Virus record (IMG/VR): IMGVR_UViG_3300014658_000106
Span: 1-36,739 of that record
Source: a virus
Lineage: Duplodnaviria > Caudoviricetes
Strand: one strand, 5' to 3'
Length of the DNA: 36,739 nucleotides
A program made the position numbers and the translations under genes. Below are positions 17,678-26,975 of the stretch, one piece after another. Numbering within the stretch: the first letter of the stretch is position 1; the number at the start of each line of letters is the position of its first letter. The notes below the pieces were generated by a model. It was not told the origin of the DNA. It did no database searches and saw only the letters and a list, made by a program, of their open reading frames with translations.

Positions 17678-18031
17678 TCACCCGCCGTTGAAGAAGTAGA
17701 GTGGAACCTTCAACGCCGTGGTGAGCGCCGTCGGGCTATTCGCCGTCCCGTAAGCCAGCTGAAGAACGATCGTCCCTGCCGCCGGCACTGTCGGGCTGAT
17801 AAACACCGTCGCCCCGGCTAGCGAGCTGAGGCCCGGTAGGCACGTAATACCCGCCGACGATGCGAGTTTGTGGCTCACGACGACGTCGGTATACGTTTTG
17901 ACGAACGTCGCCGACACCAGCGTCCCGCTGAGCAGCGTATTGCCCAGAAATTGCTGGAACGCGCTGCTTATGTTCGACTGAATACGCTGCAGCAGCGAGT
18001 CGCCTGTTTGAATGGGCTGGAACGGTGTCAC
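17678..18031 (-). CDS. Hypothetical virion protein
   Basis: Coupled to the adaptor gene (GTGA overlap); short helix followed by a beta-rich region (VVSHKL). Confidence 0.68.
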   Translation of the reverse strand: MTPFQPIQTGDSLLQRIQSNISSAFQQFLGNTLLSGTLVSATFVKTYTDVVVSHKLASSAGITCLPGLSSLAGATVFISPTVPAAGTIVLQLAYGTANSPTALTTALKVPLYFFNGG

Positions 18032-18990
18032 CAGCTACCCCCGCCGACACCCCAGCCACTGTCGCTACCCACGCCGCCATCCCAGCCATAGCCACCTGTT
18101 ACGACCTCCGGATCCCCAGCCTGTCTATTGGACTTCTCTGCATCGATGCGCATCAGCATCGCCTGTCGCTGCGCCAATAGCGCACTGACGTCCATCTCTT
18201 GCTTCACTGCGCATTTGATCGCAGAGTCCAGGATGACGTAGTCCTCCCACCCAGCAATCCCGTCGAACGTCGTAGCGCAGAGCGAAAGCGGACAAGAGTA
18301 GGTCCATAGGATGCTATTGTCCTGTGTCGTCCCAGGCACGTTCCATGAAGGCGCCGTCCCGCCGCTGGTGCCGGCACTCAGCGCCGTGAACACCTGCTGC
18401 GTAGCGTTGCCAGTTGCTGGCGTAAGCGTCACCGTTACCTGCGCGCCCTGGGCATAGGCCGTGCTCGTCGCGTAAGCCGTGGGCAGCGTGGCGCACAGCA
18501 AAGGCGGCTCTGGAATGTATTGCAGCCGAATCGGGCCCGGGATGTTACCCGTGTTCGGCAGAAACGAGATGTTCTGCCCCTGCAGCTGGTAACTCAGGTT
18601 GATCCATCCCAGATACTGCTGCCCGCCACCGACGAAGCCCGGGCTCTGATTGCGCTGGTGGATGTTGTACGGCCGGATCGAACGCCACGTAATGCCGGAA
18701 CTGTCTAGGCCAAGGTCTACGTTGACCAGCTTGTAGAAGTCCTGCGGCAGGGCATAGACGTAAGTGCCGGATACGATGGGCAGGAAGTAATCTGGCGCCC
18801 AATAGTAGTTGTCCCCATAGGCACTAACGAGAAGGCCGAAGAGCTCGCAGACCGACGCATTGAGGTAAGACGTCATCTCGACGTCTGTCACGTTGTCGTC
18901 TGCGTTCTGCCCGAAAGCGTTGTTCTGGCCGCCAAGATCCACGCGCTGACGCACCGCTAACGCCATTTGAGCTAGAGATTGTGCGCGCAT
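18028..18990 (-). CDS. Head-to-tail adaptor (tail tubular A-like) with an inserted CBM-like module
   Basis: VRQRVD...D.E...YLNAS..EL...YALPQDFYKL pattern, located after the capsid genes; internal YATSTAY..G..V...FTALSAGTSG.TAPSW...QD.SILW segment. Confidence 0.72.
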   Translation of the reverse strand: MRAQSLAQMALAVRQRVDLGGQNNAFGQNADDNVTDVEMTSYLNASVCELFGLLVSAYGDNYYWAPDYFLPIVSGTYVYALPQDFYKLVNVDLGLDSSGITWRSIRPYNIHQRNQSPGFVGGGQQYLGWINLSYQLQGQNISFLPNTGNIPGPIRLQYIPEPPLLCATLPTAYATSTAYAQGAQVTVTLTPATGNATQQVFTALSAGTSGGTAPSWNVPGTTQDNSILWTYSCPLSLCATTFDGIAGWEDYVILDSAIKCAVKQEMDVSALLAQRQAMLMRIDAEKSNRQAGDPEVVTGGYGWDGGVGSDSGWGVGGGSW

Positions 18991-18993
18991 TGG

Positions 18994-19257
18994 CTACTCC
19001 TCGGGCTCTTCGTCTTCCTCACCACCCTCGTGCGGCCCCTCTTCGTGCGGCGCGCCATCGCAGATAGTGAAAGCGTCGTGGAACGCCTTCGCCATCGCCA
19101 TGTGGTCCTTGGCGTCGTAAGCGTCGCACCAGTCGGCCATGGCATCCTCGAGCCCAGGCGGCACGCCATCGCCATCAGGCGCAGCGTCGCCGCCCATATC
19201 GTCTTCCTTCTTTTTCTTGGCCAGAATCAGGAGCAGCGGGTTTTTCTTAGGTTCCAT
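18994..19257 (-). CDS. Small acidic hypothetical protein
   Basis: AAGGAG RBS; fills the gap between structural genes. Confidence 0.7.
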   Translation of the reverse strand: MEPKKNPLLLILAKKKKEDDMGGDAAPDGDGVPPGLEDAMADWCDAYDAKDHMAMAKAFHDAFTICDGAPHEEGPHEGGEEDEEPEE

Positions 19258-19266
19258 TAGTGCTCC

Positions 19267-19743
19267 TTACGGGATAGCCGAGAACGAAGGCTGATAGAGA
19301 ACCTGCGTGTTGTCGTTGCTGGCCAGCAGCGACCAGTGGATGAACGAGCCCTGATTCGTCGGGCTGCCTGGCTGCGTGATGTCGGCCAGCGCATTCGTCT
19401 CGGTGTTCCAAACGTTGATAACGAACGTGTTGCCCGTGACTGCCCCGATGGTCGATGCCAGCGTCAGCGTCGACGCAGCCGGGTCAATCTGCAGACACGT
19501 GCGCAGGCTATTAATTTTGGCGATCGTTCCGGCCTTCCCGAAGTTACCAATCAGCGTGACGAGGAAGATCCCAGTGCCAGTGCGAGACACTGTCCAGCGA
19601 GACGATCCAACAGTCGCAGCCGTCGGAGTGCCAGAGCCAGCCGGCTTAATAGCCCCACCATACAGGCCCATTTGATTCTCATTCCCCTGCACAGGGAACG
19701 GGTATGAGTTGATGATCCCATTGTAGTAATTGGCCAGAGCCAT
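19267..19743 (-). CDS. Beta-rich virion protein (possible capsid decoration), paralog of 19748..20170
   Basis: VSRTGTGIFLVTL..F and N..T.ALADI motifs shared with its neighbour. Confidence 0.72.
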   Translation of the reverse strand: MALANYYNGIINSYPFPVQGNENQMGLYGGAIKPAGSGTPTAATVGSSRWTVSRTGTGIFLVTLIGNFGKAGTIAKINSLRTCLQIDPAASTLTLASTIGAVTGNTFVINVWNTETNALADITQPGSPTNQGSFIHWSLLASNDNTQVLYQPSFSAIP

Positions 19744-19747
19744 GGGA

Positions 19748-20170
19748 TTACTCCACCCCGCCCGCCGGGTATGACGTCCCGGAGGACTTCACGAAGAGAG
19801 AAAGGTTGATGATGTTCCCGGCATTCTCCGAGATGTCAGCCGCCGCACCCGTGCTCGCGTTCTGAACCAACAGAGTCACGGTCTGAGCGCCGGTGCCTGC
19901 ACCCGTCACGTTGGCACCGGTGATCACACACTGGTAGGCAACGCCGCCCGGACTAGCCAGCTGCATCGTGGTCTGAGCGCTGACGAGTGCGCGAAATTGA
20001 TTCGCAAGCGTCACGGTAAAAGCGCCGGTGCCGGTGCGCGTGACACTAGTCACACCCTGACCGCTCACGATAACCGGTGCGCTTGATCCCTGCGGCTGGA
20101 AGCTAATCCCGATCAGCTTCCCATCACGAACCATGCTCTTGAGGCTTGAAGGCCATGCAAAATTGGACAC
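19748..20170 (-). CDS. Beta-rich virion protein (possible capsid decoration)
   Basis: GTG start with AAGGAG RBS; VTRTGTGAFTVTL..F and N.STGAAADI; directly downstream of the capsid gene. Confidence 0.72.
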   Translation of the reverse strand: MSNFAWPSSLKSMVRDGKLIGISFQPQGSSAPVIVSGQGVTSVTRTGTGAFTVTLANQFRALVSAQTTMQLASPGGVAYQCVITGANVTGAGTGAQTVTLLVQNASTGAAADISENAGNIINLSLFVKSSGTSYPAGGVE

Positions 20171-20194
20171 TTGGGACTCCTTTTACGCTTGAGG

Positions 20195-20240
20195 GGAAAA
20201 CCAAAGTGAGGGGGCCAGCGGTAATCCCGCCGACCCCCTC
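20195..20240 (-). terminator. Probable intrinsic terminator after the major capsid gene
   Basis: Minus strand GAGGGGGTCGGCGG-gatta-CCGCTGGCCCCCTC (14-bp stem with G-U pairs) followed by ACTTTGGTTTT. Confidence 0.65.
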
Positions 20241-20249
20241 AACCGTTCA

Positions 20250-21674
20250 TTACCCGTTGGGGAGGAGCACAACCGCATTGTGCCCAGGAGCTCGCGAAGC
20301 AAGCTGGTAATAGGCTTTAAGTTGGTACTGAAATTGATTGGCATTCTGCAGACGCAGGAAATAGTTCCCAATGTCCGCTTCCTCGAGGTGAGGGATTTCG
20401 CCCTTCCCGAAGATTCCCCAGGTATCCTCTTCGAGCACGAATGCCGTCATGGCGCCGCTGTAGCCGGAGCTGGGCGGGTACGTGCTGTTGAGGAACGGCG
20501 CGCACTGGGGATCCGAAACGACGCGGATCATTCCGTGCGGGGTTGGCAGCTCGAGCTCCGAGAAGCCGAAGCTGCCGGTGTCCGACGGGCCCTCTCCCAT
20601 CCGGCCTGGATACATACCCTGCGATTGCAGGCTCAGGCTGAGGTTGTAGAACGCCACCGGGTTGAGGATGATCATCGACGGCCGGGCGCTGACCTGGTGC
20701 AGCTGCGAGACCGCCAGGGTCAAAGCCTCGCGGATGCTGCCGAGGTTCAGACCCGCCGCAGTGGCATCGATCACCTGTCCGTAGGCGAAGCCGTTCTGAT
20801 AGCGAGGAACGCTGAAGAAGCTGTCATTCGAAGCCGGCCCACCAGGCGGGCACCAAGCAAGGACGCCCTGCGGCACCGCGCTGTTGGCCGTCGTGAACGG
20901 GATCACGGACGAACCGTTACCCGTGCTCGAGAAGTCGCCGGCCATGTAGATCACATCGCCTGCTGCAATCGACGTCCAGATGGTGTTTAGCGCGATAGCA
21001 GTCGTTGCGCCAACACCGCTCAGCGTCATCTGGCCAGCGTTCGGGCCGGTGTAAATGACGTTGATCACCTGAGCGCAGCCAGTCACAACGCTGCCGAGCG
21101 TGGTGTTTGTGCCGGCCGTGCGCTGCGTTCCGCCAGGCGCCGAGGCCGTCTGAACCCAATCGCCCTTCTGGAAGCGCACCGCCGTGCTTGGATCCGCAAG
21201 CGTCAGCGTGGTCGAGGATACCGTCTGCGAGCTCGAGATCTGAGCCATCACGCCGGTGCCGTCGCCATAGCAATATGCCGCCATGAGCTGGGCAACGCGC
21301 CGCTTCTTGGTGTCGACTTCGAGCGTCAGGTCTGCAATGAACGCGTCGGAAGGCGACTCCGAAGCAACCATCGCTTCACCATCGATCAGGCCAACGCCGA
21401 AGGTAAGCGCGCGGGTGAGCTGGAAGGCCAGCGACGTGGCAGGCGATGCACCGCCGGCGCAAGCCGCGAAGTTCGTTCCAACGCCACCGCCAGAGCCCGT
21501 GATGAGCGGGATCGGGATGTTTGCGCCACCACTAGACGTGTCTGCACGCTCGAGAAGCTCCGTGACAAAAGGACCAGCCTCGATCATCACGTTCTCAACT
21601 TCATCTTTGGAAATATAGTGTTGCTTCAGAACAGCCGTAAGGCTTTGCAGAGATGACGGGGTAGGAATAGCCAT
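20250..21674 (-). CDS. Major capsid protein
   Basis: 474 aa, after portal and scaffold. N-terminal LTAVLKQHY, YGDGTG and C-terminal Y.QL...APGHNAV pattern; followed by a terminator hairpin. Confidence 0.8.
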   Translation of the reverse strand: MAIPTPSSLQSLTAVLKQHYISKDEVENVMIEAGPFVTELLERADTSSGGANIPIPLITGSGGGVGTNFAACAGGASPATSLAFQLTRALTFGVGLIDGEAMVASESPSDAFIADLTLEVDTKKRRVAQLMAAYCYGDGTGVMAQISSSQTVSSTTLTLADPSTAVRFQKGDWVQTASAPGGTQRTAGTNTTLGSVVTGCAQVINVIYTGPNAGQMTLSGVGATTAIALNTIWTSIAAGDVIYMAGDFSSTGNGSSVIPFTTANSAVPQGVLAWCPPGGPASNDSFFSVPRYQNGFAYGQVIDATAAGLNLGSIREALTLAVSQLHQVSARPSMIILNPVAFYNLSLSLQSQGMYPGRMGEGPSDTGSFGFSELELPTPHGMIRVVSDPQCAPFLNSTYPPSSGYSGAMTAFVLEEDTWGIFGKGEIPHLEEADIGNYFLRLQNANQFQYQLKAYYQLASRAPGHNAVVLLPNG

Positions 21675-21689
21675 TTAAACCTCAAAAGT

Positions 21690-22778
21690 TTAGTGCTTTT
21701 CGGCCTTCGCTTCGGCCATAAGCCTTGCGGCTTTGGCTAATTCGATGCGCTCTGGCCTACTAAGCATCCTGGCTTTGGGCTTGGGCTGAGCCGAAGCTTG
21801 TTCGCCAGGTGGAGTGGATGCGGACTGTCGCCGAAAAAACCCTGTCTTGGTGACGCCCTGCTTGGCAGCTTCGATCAACGCTGCCTTATCCTTCTCCAGC
21901 TTATCTTTTGCGGCTTGTTCCTCTTCCGCTTTCAGACGTTGCTGAATTTTCTTAGAGCTACGGTACTCCTCAAAAGACTCTTCCAACAGTGTGGATTCTA
22001 CCGCTTCAAGGGCGAATGTAAATAGCTGGGAAGTGTTGAGCGGGTTGAACAGCTCAGCGATGTCTGCCGGTGTAGTGTCTTTCAGCTGGCCAGTTTTCGG
22101 ATCACTGTGCTGCGCGTATGTGTCCTCAATGAGTTTCCAAGCGCGCTCCTGGCCGTTTTTACGCGAACAAAGCTCATACTTGTCTTTGTCGGAGTCGATC
22201 ATCCGCTTCATTTGCTTCTGATTGTTATCGATGAACTGTTTCGTGTTCTCAGTGGCCTGCTGCTCACGCGTTCGGCGGTCGACCTCTTCGCGTTCGGCCT
22301 TCATCTTCATTTCGAACTTTTGAAGCTCGGCCTGGACAATCTGCTCCGGCGTGCGCTTGTCGCCCTGAATTTTCCGCTTGGCTAGCTCCTCGAAGCTCAG
22401 GCCCAATCGGCCCAAAAGTTCGTCAGGGTTTTCCTTGGCCAGTCGCTTGGCCTCTGCCAGCTCTGCCTTGGCGCGTTGTGCCTCTTGCAGTTCCGTGCGC
22501 TGGCTCTCGAGCCATTTCTCACGCTCGGCCTTCAGCTGCTCGCGTTCACGGTAAAGCTTGGCCTCATCGCGCTTGAGACGGGCTGCAGACTCAGCGCGGC
22601 GCTCGATATCCTTCTTCTTCTTTTCCTCTTCGGCCGGAGACGCTTCGGCAGTTAGCCCAAGCGGGGACTTGGCAACAGCAGGCGCGGCAGGTTCTGCCGG
22701 TTTTGCCGGTGCGGCAGGCTTGAGCGGATTGGCAGGGGCGGCGGGCGAAGCGGGAGCGGCAGGAGCAGCCTCAGGCAT
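21690..22778 (-). CDS. Capsid scaffolding protein
   Basis: Pro/Ala-rich N-terminus and highly charged coiled-coil body, located between portal and capsid. Confidence 0.72.
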   Translation of the reverse strand: MPEAAPAAPASPAAPANPLKPAAPAKPAEPAAPAVAKSPLGLTAEASPAEEEKKKKDIERRAESAARLKRDEAKLYREREQLKAEREKWLESQRTELQEAQRAKAELAEAKRLAKENPDELLGRLGLSFEELAKRKIQGDKRTPEQIVQAELQKFEMKMKAEREEVDRRTREQQATENTKQFIDNNQKQMKRMIDSDKDKYELCSRKNGQERAWKLIEDTYAQHSDPKTGQLKDTTPADIAELFNPLNTSQLFTFALEAVESTLLEESFEEYRSSKKIQQRLKAEEEQAAKDKLEKDKAALIEAAKQGVTKTGFFRRQSASTPPGEQASAQPKPKARMLSRPERIELAKAARLMAEAKAEKH

Positions 22779-22920
22779 TTTGGGTGTCCTTCTTTTTTTT
22801 CTTCTTCCTTGAATTGTGCAGCGCTATCGCAATCGATTGCTTTTGCCCGTAGCCTGACTGCATGAGCTCCCGGATATTGTTGGATATGACAGCGCGGCTC
22901 TTACCCGGAGCTAATGGCAT
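22771..22920 (-). CDS. Small basic protein (49 aa, MPLAPGKSRAVISNNIRELMQSGYGQKQSIAIAL...), not in the ORF track
   Basis: Hand-translated; TGATG coupling with the portal stop. Resembles a small phage head-module protein type I recall (MPL..GKS...IS.NI.E.......KQA.AIAL). Confidence 0.72.
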   Translation of the reverse strand: MPLAPGKSRAVISNNIRELMQSGYGQKQSIAIALHNSRKKKKKKDTQNA

Positions 22921-24842
22921 CACGCACCCTTGGGCTGTTGGAACGGCATCAGGTTGCTGACGGGCGGCGGCGCGCCTTTCGCCATAACCGGCGCAGGAGC
23001 TCCCGGTCCCGGGGGTGGAACTGCCGGCATCGGTGGCGGAGGCGGCTTAGCGCGGACCAGCCAATTGCGAAGCAGATCGATGCGCTCGGGAGGCGCGTCT
23101 TGGACAATCGCACGGTTCAGCTCTTTCGTTACGGTATCGACACAAGCCGGAAGGTTCGCAGCGCCATCGACAGGCATCGGCTTGCCCTCATGAAGCATCT
23201 GATAGACCAGCCAATCGGCGTAATCCTGGAACGCGTTCTCACGTTCCATCGTCGCGTCCAGGTCCGGGAACTGGAGCAGCTTCTTCCCATCCTGCGGGGA
23301 AATCAGCTGCGCCTGCATCATCTCCTGAACAGCCGCCAAGCGCCCTGACGGTGTGCGCGGCAAAGACGACACAGGGTAGGCCTTCAGCGTGTACTCATCG
23401 GACTCAAGCCGGATGTCCCGCCAATCAAGCTCTTTGACGAAGTTCTTACCCGTTACTTTGATGACGTATGACTTGTTGCCCCATACACGGCTGCCGCACG
23501 ATACAATTCGCTTAGCAAGTTCCACGTGGAACTGCCCCCACTTCTCAGAGAGGACTGCGAAGCGGTTCTGCTGAATGTCGGCGTATTCGCGCTGGGCTGC
23601 ACCACTATCGAGCCCCTGCGGTTTGTTGCCGGACGACATGAACGTCGAGACACCGCAGAACTGGTGCGCCGATTCAATGATCCACTCCTTGTAGGCTACG
23701 AAGTTGGGATGCGTCGCTGACCAGTTCAGAACCTGGATCGCCTGGTCCGCTGGCAGCATCCCCTCGAGGATGAGCCCCGACTTGCTTGACGTGGCGTGGT
23801 TCTTGTTCAGCTTCGCCGCGATGTTCATATACAGGCGCGGCAGACCGAACTGACTCCAGGCGTGAGCTTCTGCGTACTCTACGCGTGCCAGCGTCGTCTG
23901 ATGGCCGTAAAGCAGCTCTCCAAGGCCACGGCCATAGTAACCAGTGGTCTTGTCTTCATATCTAATCACCGCGAACGGGAAGTCGTCATCGTCAAAGTCT
24001 TCGTCGACTAGCGTCACGCTATCGATGGCCAGAACGTGCCGCCCGTCGCCTGCGTCTTTGTAGCTGGGAAGCCGCCACGCCTCGTAGTAGGGGATTTGTC
24101 GTGACGCATAGAGATCGGACATGAAGCCCGTGGTGTTCAGGGCCGACGCATCCATGATCTCTTTCTTCTTGTTCGGGAAGCGCGCCGCGAGCATGTCCTT
24201 GTCGACGAGATCGATCTGGTACAGGCAGCGCGGCTTCTCGTCGCGGCCGTCATACATGTCCGTCCAGATGTTCCCGGGCCACACGTTATCGACGATGATG
24301 TTCTTATCGTTCGGGTTCGCCGAGACCTTGATGAAGCCGGTTCCGAACACCAGCGCGTCCTGTAGAGCTCGCGTAGAAGCTGACGGCACATCGCACTGAT
24401 AGAAGATGCCATCGATGAACTGGTTCAGCAGCTGCGCCTTGTGCTGCAGCTCAAACGTGCCCTTGTTCGTCAGGAACGTTACGGCAGGTGAGCCAGGGGC
24501 CAGAAGCATGGCCTTGACGGTCGAGACCAGCTCATAGACCAGATTGTAGCTAGGCCCTTTGCGTGAGCCCATCCCCATCGTGCCGGAACCGATGCCGTTC
24601 GTGATGGTTCCGCTGCCCGCCATGATGTTCGGCGCGTACCTGCCGCCGCTCATGAAGTTCGAGCCTTCAAACAGCTGCTGACAGCGGTAGTTTCGCGTCG
24701 TGACGCCAAGCTGCAGCTGCTGAATGCTCCGAGCAGCTGCTACAACCTGGTCGCCAACGTCGCGATCGTTGGCCTGCCACCATAGCGCCGGGACTTTATC
24801 CTGCTTTACAGGCCGATAGCGTTTCGCGAAGCCGGTGCCCAT
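22920..24842 (-). CDS. Portal protein
   Basis: 640 aa downstream of TerL; DALVFGTG.IKV, FPF...Y......YYGRGL.E and SG.A.R motifs, Pro-rich tail, GGAG RBS. Confidence 0.82.
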   Translation of the reverse strand: MGTGFAKRYRPVKQDKVPALWWQANDRDVGDQVVAAARSIQQLQLGVTTRNYRCQQLFEGSNFMSGGRYAPNIMAGSGTITNGIGSGTMGMGSRKGPSYNLVYELVSTVKAMLLAPGSPAVTFLTNKGTFELQHKAQLLNQFIDGIFYQCDVPSASTRALQDALVFGTGFIKVSANPNDKNIIVDNVWPGNIWTDMYDGRDEKPRCLYQIDLVDKDMLAARFPNKKKEIMDASALNTTGFMSDLYASRQIPYYEAWRLPSYKDAGDGRHVLAIDSVTLVDEDFDDDDFPFAVIRYEDKTTGYYGRGLGELLYGHQTTLARVEYAEAHAWSQFGLPRLYMNIAAKLNKNHATSSKSGLILEGMLPADQAIQVLNWSATHPNFVAYKEWIIESAHQFCGVSTFMSSGNKPQGLDSGAAQREYADIQQNRFAVLSEKWGQFHVELAKRIVSCGSRVWGNKSYVIKVTGKNFVKELDWRDIRLESDEYTLKAYPVSSLPRTPSGRLAAVQEMMQAQLISPQDGKKLLQFPDLDATMERENAFQDYADWLVYQMLHEGKPMPVDGAANLPACVDTVTKELNRAIVQDAPPERIDLLRNWLVRAKPPPPPMPAVPPPGPGAPAPVMAKGAPPPVSNLMPFQQPKGA

Positions 24843-24909
24843 AATTACTCCACGCCGATCCGGCGCTCGAAACCGGATTGCGGCCCAGTGAAATCACCCC
24901 GGCGTGTGC

Positions 24910-25314
24910 TCAAGGCTGTGGCCAGCCCGGAACCTCGGGTGCAGCCGGGAAATCGCTGCTGAAGTCGACCGGGTTCTCTGGATTCAGAAGATTCGAAGCG
25001 TCCACAACGCGCTCACCGTCAGGCGTGAGCTTCGGCTTAGGTGGCCGGCCGCGTTTACGCTTCACAGGCGTCCCAGGAGGCGTATACGGCGACGTTGGCT
25101 CGAGATCCGGAGCACCAGGGTCAGCCGGCAGCCCCAAATCCTCAGGCTCCATCTCAGCAACGTCCAGCTTCGGCGGCGTCGGCTGCAGTGTGAATTCAAT
25201 ATCGCCAAGCTTCAGTTGCAGAACGTCAGCAGCCCTGGCCACTTTCAGCAGCTTCTCGAGATATCCGAGGTCAATCACACCACTCCCCTTGAAGTAGCCG
25301 CCATCCATGGTCAT
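24910..25314 (-). CDS. Hypothetical protein with AT-hook-like motif
   Basis: KRKRGRPPK motif; ATGA coupling with the upstream small ORF. Confidence 0.68.
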   Translation of the reverse strand: MTMDGGYFKGSGVIDLGYLEKLLKVARAADVLQLKLGDIEFTLQPTPPKLDVAEMEPEDLGLPADPGAPDLEPTSPYTPPGTPVKRKRGRPPKPKLTPDGERVVDASNLLNPENPVDFSSDFPAAPEVPGWPQP

Positions 25315-25487
25315 CGCTTGATGGGCGGCAGCCCGTGGCCACGGCCGCCCTCCTGAATGCCTGGGGCTGGAGCAGCAGGCGCTGTGACAGCTGCCGGCTT
25401 CGTGTGTTCCTTAGCGTTCAGGTAGCCAATGCCGGCGCCTGCCAGTGTTCCGGCGGCAAGTACGCCAATGGCCACGGGTTTGTTCAC
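25311..25487 (-). CDS. Small membrane-anchored protein (58 aa, MNKPVAIGVLAAGTLAGAGIGYL...), not in the ORF track
   Basis: Hand-translated from GTG; its stop overlaps the next ATG; begins 6 nt after a -10-like box. Confidence 0.55.
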   Translation of the reverse strand: MNKPVAIGVLAAGTLAGAGIGYLNAKEHTKPAAVTAPAAPAPGIQEGGRGHGLPPIKR

Positions 25488-25493
25488 CCGGAT

Positions 25494-25522
25494 AATGTGC
25501 CACTGTGTACCTATACGGTCAA
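25494..25522 (-). promoter_or_regulatory. Putative sigma70-type promoter for the head/tail operon
   Basis: TTGACC-17 bp-CACATT with a TGn extension, just past the TerL stop. Confidence 0.5.
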
Positions 25523-25538
25523 GGTGTACGTTTCGGTA

Positions 25539-26975
25539 CTATTCCGGCCAGTCGAGCAGTTCGGGCGCTTCGGGATTTAGAAACTCTTCCTCGTCGAGCT
25601 CTTCCTGAGTCTGGAATTGCTTCACCGTTCGCTGCCACCGCTCTTCGTCTTCAACAGCAAGCCGTTCCGGGACACTAAGCGGAGGTGGCTCGGGCGTGTG
25701 CAGGAAACTATAGACATGACTGAATCCATAGACGAACGCATCCGCATAATCGCATGGATCCGCTTTGTTCTCGATTTGTGTGGCTTCATCGAAGCGCACC
25801 ATTTGCAATTGATCCCGCAGGGCGCCTGTAGCGTCGCTTTTAAGAGCAATTCGATTGAGTCGGAACTGATCATTGATGATCCTCACCATGCCAGCCTTAT
25901 AGCCAGGCGTTTTGGTTTTCCCGATCGCAGGAATGCGCCAGCGGTTCTGAAGCTCTTTCAGGTACCCAGCGCCTAGAGCTCCGTCATCCATGATGACAGT
26001 CAGCTCTGGAATGGTCCGATAGTATTTGTCTACGTTCTGACAGAATCCAGTCACGTCACGCCCGGGCAGGCCTTCCGCATTCACCACGTAGCAGGTGGGC
26101 GTCTGCATCGACCAGGCAATCAGCACAAACGCGGACAAATCTCTGGTTGCGCCAACATCCGCGCCGAGAGTGTACCTCCATGAGAAACCAGTTGGTAAGG
26201 ATTGCACTTCGTTCTTGATGACCTGGAACCCTTCGAATAAGAGGCTTCGGTTGTCTTTTGTCCATTCCCCACACCATTCTGAGATGAATTCGGGTTCGGA
26301 GCCATTCCAACCATGTTGAGCTTTGACTGCCTTGATGAAGTCATCTTTATTCGCCCAGCCAGGATTGTCCGCCCAGCTCCAGCGAGTAGTGCTCCACCCG
26401 AGCTGGGAGTCCCGTTTCGTCACGTCAAAGAAGAAGCCGTTGCAGATTGTATCCGGAGTGCCGCAAAGCGCCAATGTGCCGCCGTGTCGGAACAGGCACG
26501 CATCGAGGACCTTCTCCAAAAGATATTTCAGAATCTCGGGCCGGAAGCCTTGTGCCTCGTCAATGATGATCAGCCGGCAGATCAAGCCACGAAAGCGATC
26601 CGCATCTTCTTGGTCTTGCGCCCCTGAGATGTACAGCACACTACCGTTTTCAAACGTCAGGCTCTGTTCGTTCTGATTGGCCTTTACTTTGATGTCAAAG
26701 CGGTTGAAGAACTGCCGGAACCGCTGCCAGATGACAGCTTTCGCCTGTTTCAGCGTGCGATTGATGTACACGCAGTTGCTATTCGGTGCCGACAGACACA
26801 GGTGAGTGAGATACGCGATGGCCGCTTCGGTCTTGCCCGCCTGCCGAGTGCACAACGCCGCTTTGAACTTGCTTTTGTCTTGTATGAACTGAAGCTGTGG
26901 CGGGCTCAGGCCATCGAATACGTTTTTGCCCTGATTGGCGTGCAGGATGCGTAGAAGGTCTTCTACCGTTGCCAT
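25539..26975 (-). CDS. terL: Terminase large subunit
   Basis: Walker A-like RQAGKT, Walker B IIIDEAQ, CGTP coupling motif, RNase H-like nuclease GADVG...D and C-terminal DYADA. Confidence 0.92.
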   Translation of the reverse strand: MATVEDLLRILHANQGKNVFDGLSPPQLQFIQDKSKFKAALCTRQAGKTEAAIAYLTHLCLSAPNSNCVYINRTLKQAKAVIWQRFRQFFNRFDIKVKANQNEQSLTFENGSVLYISGAQDQEDADRFRGLICRLIIIDEAQGFRPEILKYLLEKVLDACLFRHGGTLALCGTPDTICNGFFFDVTKRDSQLGWSTTRWSWADNPGWANKDDFIKAVKAQHGWNGSEPEFISEWCGEWTKDNRSLLFEGFQVIKNEVQSLPTGFSWRYTLGADVGATRDLSAFVLIAWSMQTPTCYVVNAEGLPGRDVTGFCQNVDKYYRTIPELTVIMDDGALGAGYLKELQNRWRIPAIGKTKTPGYKAGMVRIINDQFRLNRIALKSDATGALRDQLQMVRFDEATQIENKADPCDYADAFVYGFSHVYSFLHTPEPPPLSVPERLAVEDEERWQRTVKQFQTQEELDEEEFLNPEAPELLDWPE

